Source of the DNA: Eledone cirrhosa
Lineage: Eukaryota
Length of the DNA: 64,000 nucleotides
Assembly: GCA_964016885.1 (NCBI GenBank)
Contig: OZ024740.1
Location: 174,964,001 to 175,028,000, forward strand
Direction of reading: 5' to 3'
Part shown: positions 50,238 through 63,544 of the stretch, in pieces
How positions within the stretch are numbered: the stretch's first letter is position 1
How the letters are laid out: the number at the start of each line of letters is the position of its first letter
The notes under the pieces: generated by a model
The model's input: the letters and a program-made list of their open reading frames with translations, nothing else
Database searches by the model: none
What the model was told of the DNA's origin: nothing
Translations under genes and position numbers: made by a program

Positions 50238-52245
50238 CACAAACACTTTACCAGTTTTAATATCCAAAGTGATGGAGAGAACTTAATCTTCTGTGAAGAG
50301 TTAGAATGTGGGTTAAAAAAAACTTCAGATATTTCAATATATATAGTACATCATGAAACTACTTATCTATTTTTTTAATCACACAGAAAGTAGGGAATGA
50401 CAGTGCACATAATACTTTCCAGAGCCTTCAAGATTAGTGGCAGTGGGGAATAATGTTATCCCCAAAACAGAGAAGTAGCCTAATTACGTGCAATATAGTG
50501 AACTCTGCTAAAGGTTAAGTGGTGGTGTTAAATCATGTGACAGATTAAGTTTACCATTAAAGATTGGAAATCAGAATGCAAAAAGCCAAAACAGACACTG
50601 CGATGCAGCCATCTTATCCAATGCTTCAATGATTTTGGCAAACTAAACTGTTATCATTTTGACCCACGTAGAATGAAAAGTAAAATTAACTTCAGCAAGA
50701 TTAGAATTTAGAATACAAGGAGCCAGAATAAATACCACAAAGTATTTTATCCCATGCTCTAACAATTTTGCTAATCTGCTGTCATATCACCATGTGATAT
50801 TAACCTATCCTTCATATTACCATATGAAAACAATATTACTAATATCATGGCACTACTTAGCTATTGCAATATTAATGTGAGCATGTTTGAGTAGGGTATA
50901 GTTGATTAAATCAATCCTAAACTATTATTTTAATGACCCCACTAATGAAAGACAAAAGTTGACCTTAGCAGAGTTGGAATGCGGAATGTAAAAAGTCTGG
51001 AAACAAATACACAGTATTTTGTACAATGCTCGGAAAATTTTGCCAATCATCCTACTTTAATATCAATATTACTAACTAAAACCTCTAAGACATTTCTTAT
51101 GCTTTGAGATATTAAAAAGATAAAGATATATTATTATCAAGATAACAATGATAATAAGTTTTATGATACCAACGAGATCGTCTGATAGTAAAATGACCAT
51201 GTTATTTCCCTAATAACAATGTTATTAAAACTATGGTATTGCTTGGGTTGTGTAATATTAATAACAAAGTGATAATAACAAGGACAAGATATAACTATGG
51301 GAACAAATGTTATTAAAGCAATGGTACACTTCAGCTGTGTGATATTAACAAGGTTATGATATCACAAAGGAAAAAATGTTATTTAAATTTATGATGTCAT
51401 ATGGGACATGTGATATTTATGGTGTCATAAGGGACATATTACATTAACAAGAAGATGACATTACTTTGGGATAAATGTTATACAAGTAATGGTACTACAT
51501 GGGTTATGTGACATTAACAAGGATATGATATTACTATGGGATAAATGTTATTAAAGCTAAGGTGTATCACAGGGGCTGTGTGATAATAACAAGAACAATG
51601 GTATTACCATAACAACAATCTTACTATGGCCAGGATACCATCTAGAGCTTAAGCCATTAATTAGGATATTGATATCACCATGACAATGATTCTCTCAAGG
51701 CTAACATATTATCAACATCTTGACATCACCATCAATCAACAATATTACAAAGCCCATGATAACATATGGGCCATTCATTTCTGCTGTAGAAGAATTAAGT
51801 AGTGTATTACTGGTATCTATTTTATTTTTTTGAAAAAGTTGACCCTGCAGGGATTTGAACTCGAATGGGCACAACTAAATAATCTACAACATTTAGTCCA
51901 GTGTTCACTATTAGTTCTGCCAACTGAATGCCCTCTAGGCTATGCAATATTAAGATGACCACAATATCAATATGACAATGTTATTATCAAGACTTATTAA
52001 GGCATCACCAATACTGATATAACCAACATCTTGATATCATCTACTAACAACATTTAACCAATGCCATGATACCATCACTTTAGGCTGTGTGATATTTAAA
52101 ACTAGGCAATGAATGATATACTACCAAGGCGCTCTATAGTACTCACCAGGGCTGTGATGATAATAAAAATGCCATGAGATTATTACCAGGGTTTGTGTGT
52201 GATATTATTACCAAGTTCTATAATACCAAGAGTTATCACGTTATC
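48530..52245. repeat. Long degenerate ~19-20-bp minisatellite (ggctgtgtgatattaccaa-like), in blocks 48530-49740 and 50785-52245
   Basis: Dozens of gctgtgtgatatta / atattacca / atattaaca variants, interrupted by SINE and LINE-tail insertions. Confidence 0.75.
49775..50127 (+). mobile_element. Old element with RTE-type 3' tail
   Basis: ctgtaaagtggttggtaataggaagtgcatccagccatagaaaac ... gctagcaaggaaagcagatgttaaaatgacaatgatga. Confidence 0.55.
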
Positions 52246-52759
52246 ATGACAAAACAAGAAGAAAAACAACAAAAAAAGAACCAGGATAATTTGCTTTTCT
52301 TTTCAGAGAGAAAAAAAAGGAAAAAGGTTAAAATAAAATTAAATTCTAAGGAAAAAAGTTAGATTTGGTAAATTCCTTTGAATTTTTTTTTTTAATCAGT
52401 TTTTGAGTATAGCAACTCATTCTCTTAAGATTCCTCAAATTGCAGGTTCTTTTCTGAAGATATTCATTATCTAAGACAGAGAAAGTATGTATGAAAAATA
52501 TATAGAGAGGAAGAGAGCCAGTGAAATAGCAAGTCAATGAGAGAGAGATAGTGAAAGGAGAGAGAGTGAAAGGAGAGAAAAAGAGAGAGTGAAAGGAGAG
52601 AGAGAGAGGAATTGTGTTTATTGTCTTATTGCAACTCTTCAGATATGTTATTAATTTTTGGCTTTTTTTTTTACATTTTAAAGAATAATATGGTTATTCA
52701 TTCATTGGAGTTTTGCTGCCCCCTACCCACATTTTATTATGTTCCCCCCCTCAGCACTT

Positions 52760-53676
52760 TTATCGTCTTTTTGCTTTGCCATCAGTAACTCGACCCCACT
52801 TCTGAAGCCGCTGCACCAATTGTTTGCTGACTGGAGGAATAGGGTAAGAATCGCGAATGTGCAGGATACCTTTTTGGATGAAGTTGTAAGTGTTGGTTAG
52901 AGTCCTTGGATATTGCATGTTAAACACCCAATATGCAGAAAAAAGGGCAGCAAATGCAATGGTAAACTCTTCAAATTCTTGGACAATCTGTTCTTCAGCA
53001 ACAAGGAAGAACTCATCACTTTTGAAAATTGGACCTTTTGAAAGGAGCATGGGCACAATTCGACCTTTAGGGTCTGGCTCTTCCATGCTACCTATTTCAT
53101 AAACCATTTCTGTAAGGTTTTCTCGCATGAGCATTGGTAAAAGACAAAGTGCAGTGACCATATCCCAGTACTGTCGAAGAGCAACATTTTCTTCTTTAAC
53201 TTCACTGGCTTGTTGTAAAATAGCATTGGATCCAGGGTAGTTGCGTGCGAGATCAATAATACCACTGGCATACTTGACACAATATTCTTGGATGGTATGG
53301 TCGATATCCAAATCTGTGACACGCTGGAATTCAACCAGCAACTCCTTGTCAATGAACAAACATGGATAGGTTTCCTTAATCATGGCAATTGTTGGTGCCT
53401 CAATGGTAATAAAGGACCGACGAACGTCAAATGTGTTCTCCATGTATAGGCGAATGTCAGTAGAAGATTTGCTTTCCATGTCGTCCCTTGACGATGAGGA
53501 CGGCTTCATTTTCTTTTCATTTGGGTAATCATTGTTTTGGTCGGCAGAATCAAGATCTTGAGAGACACTGGTTGATGGAGTGATGTTATCAATGCTACTT
53601 GACTTCCGTTTGCCTCGCTGTGACATCATTGAAGGACTTAAAATTGGCAACTCCAAACTCTCGTTTTGATATTTGG
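52760..53676 (-). CDS. Terminal coding exon of an uncharacterised gene; Ser-rich linker plus SAMD3-like C-terminal domain
   Basis: ~305 stop-free codons of non-repetitive, protein-like sequence. Strong acceptor tttctcttttctttgtatttccAG ends at 53677 (phase 1), with TAA stop at 52762-52760. Motifs MENTFDVRRSFI, IKETYPCLF, AFAALFSAYWVFNMQYP and TYNFIQKGIL recall the conserved C-terminal domain of SAMD3-like proteins (from memory, not searched). The TTG start in the track is not a real start. Confidence 0.82.
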
Positions 53677-54139
53677 CTGGAAATACAAAGAAAAGAGAAA
53701 TAAATAAAAGTAAAAGAAAAAAAGGAAATCAGATTTATTGAAATATTTTTAGGAAGCCAGTACAATGCAAGTTGGTTATAAAAGAGTGAAATCAAGCAAT
53801 GTAAAATAAGTTTATGTTTTTACTATACACTTCAGTATTTGGAGGTTAAAAGCCCTTTATCAATAGAAAATGGAAGATGGTGACAGCTGATATTTGCACA
53901 ATGACAATAAACAATTGAATTGAAATTTATATTTATTTATAGTGATGTGTAGATTGGCATTAATTCTAAAGGTTAAAACCTTATAATACTTTAGCACTAA
54001 TGAAAATGGAAAATATATTCAAAATTTACTCATTTCATATACAAGTTACTGATGAAGTCACTAACAACCCATATTAAAAAACAGCTTAATCCATAAAACC
54101 AAAACAGTGATTTAATATGTTGCACACCTAGCAATTTGT

Positions 54140-54812
54140 ACTGTGAAAACTGAGACATTCATCCTCTCAAGGAATCCTGCGCAGTGCAATTTACATGTGA
54201 ATGGAGTTCCACTGAAGCAGGTAGAGAGGCTCAATTATCTCAGGGCTTTGTTCATGAGTGATGGAAGGCAGGAGGTTGAATTAAGTGCAAAAATTTCAGG
54301 AGCTGGTGCAGTAATGTGCCAACTTCAGCATTCGGTAATCAAATGAAGGGATGTAGGCGCAAAAGTCAAACTCGTCTTCAATTCAATATTCATGCCGACC
54401 CTTACCTATGGTCATGAATCTTGGGTAATGACCGAAAGAATATGATTGCAAATACAAGCGGCCGAAATGGGTTTTTTCCGAAGGATCTTTGGAGTAACGT
54501 TACTCAATAGAGTGTATAGCTCAGGGATCTGAGAGTCATTCAAGGTAGAGCAGCTACTTCTCCGAATTGAGAGATCACAGCTCCGATACTATGGGCATGT
54601 GATTAGAATGTCCCAGGAAGGAATCTCTGAACAGATTTTATGGGCAAAACCAACCAGCAGGAGACCCAGAGCAAGATGGTTGAATAACATCCATGAGCTT
54701 GGCTGGTCTCGATTGGAGATCCAGCCAGCCGGATCAGTTGGAGACGATTGCTTCTGACAGGATCCACTGGAAGGAGTGTTTGATGACTGTCCCCACGACC
54801 CTCTCAAGGAGA
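54140..54812 (+). mobile_element. Decayed RTE/Expander-like LINE 3' fragment in the intron, antisense to the gene
   Basis: LKQVERLNYL..FMSDGRQE, PTLTYGHESWVMTER, IQAAEMGFFRRIFG and IERSQLRYYGHVIRM. Confidence 0.85.
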
Positions 54813-57800
54813 AAGCGGCTCTCCACCCCAGATCTAGAATAGCAGCCATTTAATCCACATCCTAGTGTCTTAATAAAAGGAGGATGTGCACTGAATTATG
54901 GAGGACAAATCTGAAAACAAAAATAAATTAAAATAATAGAATTGATAGCGACACTAAAGGCAAAAAGTATAACTACAAGAACAATATCAAATGTTGTTGA
55001 TTAAATTGATTATACCTTGCTACACATGTGCTTATCAGCAGTACCCAGATTTGTCAATACTTAAAATAAATGCAATCACATGTATCCCCTATATTTTTGA
55101 TAAATTGATTTAACTATCAAAGTTCATGAAACTAAATTTAGCACAATATTCTTGAAAAGTATAAAACAATATTATAACTACATCACATTAACAATTGAAG
55201 TCTTTACTCTGATACTGCCAATTTTCACAATAATCTGTCCAGTAGAAGAGATACTATAAACATTTTAATTAATAAACATCACAAGATGCTGGCAAACTTT
55301 AGTCAGTTCAGGAATATTGATTTATTCAGGACCATTGCATCCAAGTAGTTCAAAAGATGGTTCAAGTTCAGCTTCAGAAATATGTGCCAAAAAATAAATT
55401 AACAAATATAAAAGCTAAAATAAATTTCTGTGCTAACGATTATGATTAGGGAAAACATGAATATTTTTTTCAGAATTCTGTTGTAATTTCTATAAATATA
55501 ATTATGAATGATTATTCTAATCAGTAACTTTTTCTAATATTTATTGCAATGATTAGGGTTATATAATGTCTATAATTATTATTTATTTATTTTTTGTCAG
55601 TAGCCAAAACCAAAAAAATTTCAGAAAAGCTCACGTAAAATTTCAGCTATTTAAGCATATGACTATCACCAACATCTTGGAAAGTGCATTCATTTACTTT
55701 AATATACTAATATCAGTTATTTTCTGATTATGCTTGAATAAACAATGTAATAACATTTCTGAAAAAAAATTACATATTGAAAAGATGTGTCTCTATGCAA
55801 AATTAGCTACCTAAGTGTAAAGCTACACCAAAAACTGGAACATATGTCTACTTTTATTATTTTTCTATTCTTGTTTGTATATACAGTGTAGATATTGACT
55901 ACTGGAATATGAAGCTGATGTTTCTTTTCAATAAGATCTAAAGATCTCAGACAGAAAGTACTTCTCTCTTTCATTATTATCACTTCCAAGCAATGTAGAT
56001 TGTTATATGGTGTTGATACATTAGTTTTATTTGAACTTATTTGAAGTAGAATGGAAGCTATCAAGAAACTGAGCTTCAGGACTATTTATTATTGATACAA
56101 CAAGCTTGTTATCTCTATATTCTTGAGAGCACTAACCTCATACTTATCATTGTCCTTAAATTCCTTTTGGGCAATATTATGGTCTCCACGTATAGTGATA
56201 TTCATGATTTTCTTTATCAAAAACCACATTATTAGATCTTTTATTTTAACAGCCTTTCAATGAGACACTAACTAATGACACTTTGCAGATTCAATTATTT
56301 TATATAATAATTAGTGAAACAATAGTTTGTTTGTAACTTGTTGCAGAACAGATATCACATGGACTTCATTAATTTAAATATTCCCAACTTCTACATTATG
56401 TGTTGATTGTTATTCTTTTATATTTGTACCTACACCTATACATATATCATCATCATCATCGTTTTAGGTCCATTTTTCCAATACAAGCACTACCAACCCA
56501 CTAACTCTTTAATGACTGATAAGTACAACACCAACAGTATCAAGATAGCAGTGTCTCTGTAGCTACATATGTTGTATATTAACACAATAGAATAGGATAT
56601 GACATGAGTGTTTGTGTCTGGATGGGTGAAAGGTAGAGGGTAGATTTTTATTTTATTGTTTAACCAGGAGAAAATGGGGAAATGCCCATGATCTTTTTCA
56701 CATCATCAATATGCTATTTAAAAGAACTTTTTTTTTAAATTCTAAACCACCCAAGTGAACAACAAACAGTCAGGAAAAATCTGGAAAAAACTATAAATGA
56801 AGCTAACCTGGCAGGCAACCTGCAACAGTTTAGGTGTTTTTTTTTTCTTATAACAAGTGGTGGCAAAACTTTTAAATTATTAATTTATTCATAATAATAG
56901 GTTAGGTACATTTGACAAATCAAAGACATACACAATGATCTAAATCTTTAAACTTTAAACCAGGGTTTTTCAAACCTTCAGAAATTTATTTTGCTAACCA
57001 TCACTCATTGTTATAAAAGTATTTTAGACAGTAAGACTATAGTGTTACTGACTGTTCACAGGATTACATTTTCTAAATTCAGCTTGATTCATAAACATTT
57101 TTTTATGTAACAAATTATCATAAACACCAAAATTTGTTCATGGAAATATTGTTAGTTATGAAATTGTAAAGTTATATTCAATGAAAAATAGGGAATTAAA
57201 ACCATTACATGTTTTTAAAGTTTTAGATGACCTGAATCACCTTATTAGGAGAATACATATGTATCTATATACATATATACATACACACATCTGTACATAC
57301 ATTGTAATGCCCACAGACATACACAAATAGGCACATATAGAGAGATAAAGGCATAGTATACACATCTCACACAGACACACACAAATATATACACAGTACA
57401 CATATCACATCAATGCAACTCATGTAGCAGCAAAAGATCCAAAACAGACACAGCTATCCAACTGCACTAGGGCTTGATGAACACAACCTTAAGGATTCAG
57501 TGCTGTTATTCTACTTGTGGCTACATTTACTCCTTTGTTGTTTTTACCAGGTAAATGTTTCTGGGTCTGAAATGTTAGATTACATTATGTGCATGTAAAT
57601 ATTATAAAGCTGAAACAAAGCTATATTTCCTTGAAGAATAATGAATTTGGGATTATTTTATTGTCTCAGGCTAGAATTTGGTGATCTGTGTCAAGGTTTT
57701 GAGTCTGAGCAAATATCTCAAGCCAAAAACGAATGCAGTGTTTTAAGATACTTCTGGTTGGCTTGAAATAGACTTGACAGTTGGTTTACTCCAGCCTATC

Positions 57801-58054
57801 TTGAGTGCTGCTATCACAGCTGATTTATGGTACCTATTTTACAATTGTCAAGTATGTCATCATAGAAACCACTAGAAGATAACATTCAGATGGATACCCA
57901 TTTGCTGGCTTCCACCAGCAAGGAAATAATTGTTGTTGTTGATGTTTAACTCAAGGTCAACCATGACTTAAGCAGACTTATGATAGACATTCCAGCCATG
58001 GCTATCCTGTCTTTTTCAAGAGTATATTTTTTAAAATTCTATTTTACATCACAA

Positions 58055-58310
58055 CTTGGTTGGAATGAAATAAGATGGAATGAAGTTTGGATTGAATGAA
58101 GGATAGGATAAAATGACAAATAGGATGGAATGACAGCGATGACGGAATGAGGGTTGGATGGAATAATGGAGAGAATGGAATGGAGGATGAAATGGAAGAT
58201 AAGATGATTGATAGGATGGTGTAGAGGTTGACTGGGAAATGATAATTGGATGAAAGGGAAAATGAAATAATAGATACCTGGAAGAAAGAATAGATGGACA
58301 TATGGATTGA
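58055..58310. repeat. Degenerate (GGATG/GAATG)n purine-rich repeat
   Basis: Visible pentamer periodicity. Confidence 0.7.
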
Positions 58311-58838
58311 TTTACATTAGTGCTTTAAAAATTCTGACCATATTATTTCTGTCTCTAAAATATTTGGTTTAACAGAAAATTCGGTCAACATTATTTATCT
58401 GCACATCTGCTCTGTAAGTTATGAAAACTATTCTCCCAACAAACTATTTTCAGGGAAATAAAAAAGCCACACGCAAAGAAAAAATAAACACAATTAGGAA
58501 GGAATTCTATGCAATCACTTATCTCCAGATCTCTCTCAAATACACATCATACAGCACACACATATATATATATAAAATATTATCATAACTGTACAAACTA
58601 TCAAAACAAAACACTCACTGAAAATATAAAGTTTTTTTGTAGCTAGTAAATCTCCCTGCTACCCCAATACTTAACAAGCTTAACAAAGATGTTAAATATG
58701 TGATCAAAGGCATTCCAGATGTGGCCATCCTGTTTTCTTCCTCCTGTGTATGGAAAATCCACCCAAGAACATATTATCCACATGTTCTTTTCAAAGACAG
58801 TGCAGATGTGATTTAAGAGTGATTAGACTTATTTTCAC

Positions 58839-58930
58839 CAGATAAAGTAGGGATCCCAAAGTGATCCATATCTATCTCCAAGATTTGACAGATGTGCTCA
58901 GGGAGATCATTTGAATCTTTTGACCAAAAT
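58839..58930 (-). CDS. Candidate penultimate 92-bp coding exon of the SAMD3-like gene
   Basis: Acceptor attttcatttcttatataaatgtcAG and donor G|GTGAAA. The open frame FWSKDSNDLPEHICQILEIDMDHFGIPTLS ends in phase 1, joining CC of the next exon to give ...TLS-A-KYQNESLELP. Confidence 0.5.
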
Positions 58931-59021
58931 CTGACATTTATATAAGAAATGAAAATGAATAAAATTAAAATAATACATTCAAATACTACTTCCTTATAGG
59001 TTTCTGATTTATGTAGAATTA

Positions 59022-59835
59022 CTCTATATACTCAAATATAAGTTTGATTTGAATATAAGCGACCCTCCCTATTTTATGCCTGAGAAATGGGCCAAAATCC
59101 AAACCCATTTATAAGCCAAGGCAGCTAATCAACACAGAATGTTTAGATGGTATGGTTTTGAAATTCTTATGAGTATAAAATATATTCATGAAGTTTTAAT
59201 GGTTTGGTGTTTTAAGTATTGTTTAGAGTATTGTTTTTGTTTCACAACTCCATAACGTAATGGCTTTTTACTATTTCATCCGTTTTATAAAATTTAAACA
59301 AGTTTCTCAAATTCTTGTTTACTTCTGGCCACTCATGTGTGAGGAGTACTTTGTAAGTAAGAGATCGACTAAGAGAACTTTGTATAGGGATTCAAAGCAA
59401 AAAAAAAAGAGAGGCCGAGAGTGAGAAAGGAGAGAGAGTGAGAGCAATAAAATAGAAGTGAGAAGTAAGATTCCAATCTTAGATAAGATTCAAAGAAAAC
59501 GTATGTGTGTGTGCACATGTGCATGCATGTGTGTGTGTGTGAGGGGGGGGGGGGTATTTATGTATGAAAAAGTTCAAATTATAAAAATTTGTTTGAAATA
59601 TTTTCAAGGAATCCATAAATAACACTAATGTTGATGTAGTAAATGTAGAAAATAGTGTTTCATTGTAAAATAATCACTCTGGATATTTTAGTTCCTTATT
59701 TATGTAGAATTTGAAGTTGGTGAAAATCAGCAAAATATTGGCCTCAAATATAAGCCAACAACCCATTTTACCATCGATTTTCTTTTTTTTGGGGGGGGGG
59801 GGCACAGTTCTTGGGTTATATATGAATATACATGG
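59022..59835. mobile_element. Degenerate Tc1/pogo-type non-autonomous element
   Basis: Left end ctctatatactcaaatataag..aatataagcgaccc. Right end gggttatatatgaatatacatgg, with subterminal aaatataagccaac. Confidence 0.45.
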
Positions 59836-60159
59836 GAATGTTTACTGTTTATTCTACATTCTTTATATTGATTTGTTTATTTTTGTACATGTCTGGAGTT
59901 AATGAGGGGGGGGGGGGGTCAAGAATTCAATGAATGCACCAAATGTCCAAAATGTTTAGAGGCCCCTAACATAGAGGCCCTTCTGTTAATACAATTTAAA
60001 CACAAGGCCAACAATTTAAGCACAAGGCCAGCAATTTTTGGAGAAGTCAATTAAATAAACCCTAGTACAAGACTGGTACTTTATTTTATTGACTCCCAAA
60101 AGGATGAAGGGCGAAGTTAACCTTAGTGGCATTTGAACTCAGAGTGGAGAGTACCAGAA

Positions 60160-60645
60160 TCATCATCATCATCTTCGTTTAACGTCCATCTTCCACACTA
60201 GCATGGGTTAGACGGGAGTTGTCCCACTTGAGGCAAGGTTGGTCGGGTGACCGTGTCTCGCTCGTATCGGACTATCTGGCAAGTTTTCTACGGCTGGATG
60301 CCCTTCCTAACACCAACCACATTTACAGTGTGGAACTGGGAACTTTTTACCATGTTACCTACACGGCCACATTACAGCGTGGACTGTGTGTTTTTTTTTG
60401 TCGTGACACCTACACGTTCTCGATCTCATTATCTCATTAATTTGGACTGGATGTTGTAGTACTAACTTTAGAGAGAGAGGGTGGTGTTGGTGGGAGTGGG
60501 AAGATGGAGTAAGGGTAGTGGATTGGGGTATATATTTGGTTAAGAGGTGCCTACTGACTGTAAGTTTCGCTTTGTATATAGGCAAGGCAGGTCTTCTGTA
60601 TTACTGCGTAGCGCCAAAGATCTTGGTCCAGTGACATTGTCTTAG
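60160..60645 (-). mobile_element. RTE LINE 3' end (same family as 8108-9552), older, inserted in a SINE A copy (~60000-60690)
   Basis: Colinear with 8108-8540 (gtccagtgacattgtctt; gatgcccttcctaacaccaaccacatttacagtgtgg; (cat)n tail). Confidence 0.82.
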
Positions 60646-60699
60646 AATATGGTAAATTATCCTATCTGATATTTCTGCCAATCCACCTACTTACTACAA

Positions 60700-61295
60700 T
60701 TCTTTCTAACATTGGCTCAAGGTGAGCAATTTACAAAAAGAGAGAAAGGATTGCATCAACCCCAGAAAGATGAAAAAGCAAGTTGACCTCAGTCGGATTT
60801 GAACTCAGAAATAAAGACCTAGAACAAATATTGTGTATTTGTTTTATTCTCTAACGATTCTACTAATCCACCACCCTACAACAACAACAATAATAATAAT
60901 AATGGTTTCTAATTTAGGCACAAGGCTAGCAATTTAGCAGGAGAGGAGAGTCAATTAAATCGACCCCAGTACTTGACTGGTACTTTATTTTACCAACCCC
61001 AGAAGGATAAATGGCAAAACTGACCTTAACAGGATTTTAAATAAAACGAAAATTCAGAAATAAATGCAGCAAACATTTGTCTGATACTTTATATTTGTGT
61101 CAATCTAGTGATGGTGGTGATGGTAGATGTAATAGTAGTAGTAATTTCTAACTTAATTTTAAGAGGAGGGAAATGTTGATTTTATCAACCCCTGAAAGGA
61201 GGAAAACATAAAGTTAACCTTGGTGGGATTTGAAGTCTGAATGTAAAGAAACTGAAACAAATATCAAAAGGCATTTCTCCAATGCTCTAATAATT
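60700..61295 (-). mobile_element. Cluster of old SINE family A copies
   Basis: Core motifs at ~60770-60810, 60905-61040 and 61180-61240. Confidence 0.7.
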
Positions 61296-62454
61296 GTGTC
61301 AAACCCCCACCAATAATAATGATAACAATAACAATGACAACAACAATAATAATCTTAACAAATATGTTCTCAGTTTATAGTACAGCACAAGGTCTATTTT
61401 TTCCATTACAGACCCCACCACTGCCCTCAGAATTAAAATATCAATTATCAAATTAACATAAATACACATGTTCAAGAACATAAGACTAATATTACTTTTT
61501 ACCTCCCCTCTTCTCCACCCCACTAAATATGGTGGGTGATACATTTTGTGCCTTATATTCAGCATACTAACCTCTCTCAAAACACAAATAAAAAGAAAAA
61601 CTACATAACTGATGTTCTTTACCACAACCAATCACAACTATAAACATAACGACAACACCATCAACATCATTGCAGCCATCCCCACCACTGCCACCACTCC
61701 TGCCAACAACAATAGCCTTTATATGTTCACTGGACATGCTAGAAATAGCAACTAAATGGCCATCACATCATATTCTAGCATTTTAGAAAAGCCAAGAAAC
61801 ACCCACACAAGGTAATGTGAACCTTGAGTGAAGTATGCCAAGGAAGAAAAAAAGATGGTCACGATTGGTCATAGATGTCTGCTTGATCAGGTTTGGCCTG
61901 AGGTTAAACAACACCAACAACAATGGCAATGTTACAAACTTAGGCTAAGAAAAATCAATGAAATCTTCCTCAATTCACACCCAGCCATCTTGAAAAAAAT
62001 GGATACTTTACATAATATGCACCCCTAAATGATAGTGAGGTCACAGCTGGGGTGCTTTTCACATGAGGTCTGCTGGGTCATGGTTGACCTGTAACTAAAC
62101 AACAGCAACGATAACATAGTAACAATAGCAACAGTAATAACAATAACAACACTGACAGCTGCAATAACAATACCAGCAAGTCACTTGACTTGCTAGCAAT
62201 AGTAGTTGAATGTCCTTTGAATCACCCCCACCCCCCTTCCAACCTCTTAAACGAGGAAAGATGCACAGCATAATGTCAATACTAGAAACTGTTAAAAAGA
62301 TAGGATTGTCATGGCTGTAATGCTGTTCAATATAGATCTGTTCAAACAGGACTGACCTGGGGCTAAACAACTATGACAACAAGCAAATCAATCAATAGTT
62401 GTGGTATCAATTGCAGCAATGACAAAAATGCCACCGCCACCACCATTATTATTA

Positions 62455-63005
62455 TTATCATTGTTTTTACTTGTTTTTCCATGCTCATAAAGGTTAGACG
62501 AATCCTCTCCTCCATTACTCTGTTTTGTCTTCATTTTTGGGGGAGACTCCATTTCTTGAGATTAACTTTCATATCTCTGCCAGGTCCTCTTCTTCCCATA
62601 GTTTCCTTCCACTTGGAACTCTTGGCACTTCTTCACTCAACAATTATCATCTATACATAACACATGACTCTACCCATGCTACCTTTTCTCCTGTATGGAT
62701 ATCTGACTCATATATCTAGTTTTCCTCTCAGCTGAGCCCTTTTGATTTTAGGTTTTGCTTCCATAACTGGAATTTCTACTCTAGATTTTCCACAGACTTG
62801 ACGATAAAAAGTAGGTCGTTAGCATACAGAAGTAATTATGGATTTACAGGTTTCAATCTTTTCTGTAATAGCATGGAGCACTAAATAAACAGATGGGGTT
62901 AGGGGTGGGCTGAAGATTAAGCCGATACACACTAAATTCTTCGCTACTAACCATAAATTTACTGATGCCAACTCTGTATATGGCTTGCACTGCTCTCACA
63001 GTTAT
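62455..63005 (-). mobile_element. Strongly decayed RTE LINE fragment
   Basis: Minus strand LLYANDLLFI (YADD relic) and RGPGR..WK-like end, with a tail resembling catggaaaaacaagtaaaaacaatgataat. Confidence 0.55.
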
Positions 63006-63544
63006 CTTAAACTTCACTATACTAAGGAATTAGGTATTCTACAGTGTTCAACAACCAGTAAATCGGGAGCCTCTATATGGTGACTTGACATGCTAGAAAT
63101 ACTAGTCACATAATCCTCACATCACTTCCTACTAGGATGGTGTTGGCTGCAATGCTTTTGAATGTGGGTTAGCTCAATCAGGACTGACCCTGGGTTAAAC
63201 AAAAACAACAAGCAACAAAGTAACACAACATCATAAACAACAGTTGCAATTGCAACAAGAAAACTAAAATAATAATAAAAACACTAACAATAACTACAAA
63301 AAAAAATCAGTTATCAAAGAAGGAGGCATCTAAGTGGCCACTCATCTGACTAGAAATAACAGTCAAATCACACCCTATCTTATAATATCGACATGACATG
63401 TTAAATAATATAGTCCTATATTATGATAAGATGGGATGATCATGCCTGGAATAATCTTTAATCATAAGTTTAACCATAGGTATGAACTGATTAAGCAAAC
63501 AACACCAAGCTTGTCTGTATCGTTAAGAAGTTTGCTTTAGATCT

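Noticed and set aside
55280-55400. Possible additional minus-strand exon in the intron
   Set aside because: In-frame stops in all three frames before any plausible donor.
55807-56235. Short minus-strand ORFs in the intron
   Set aside because: No motif and no compatible splice sites found.
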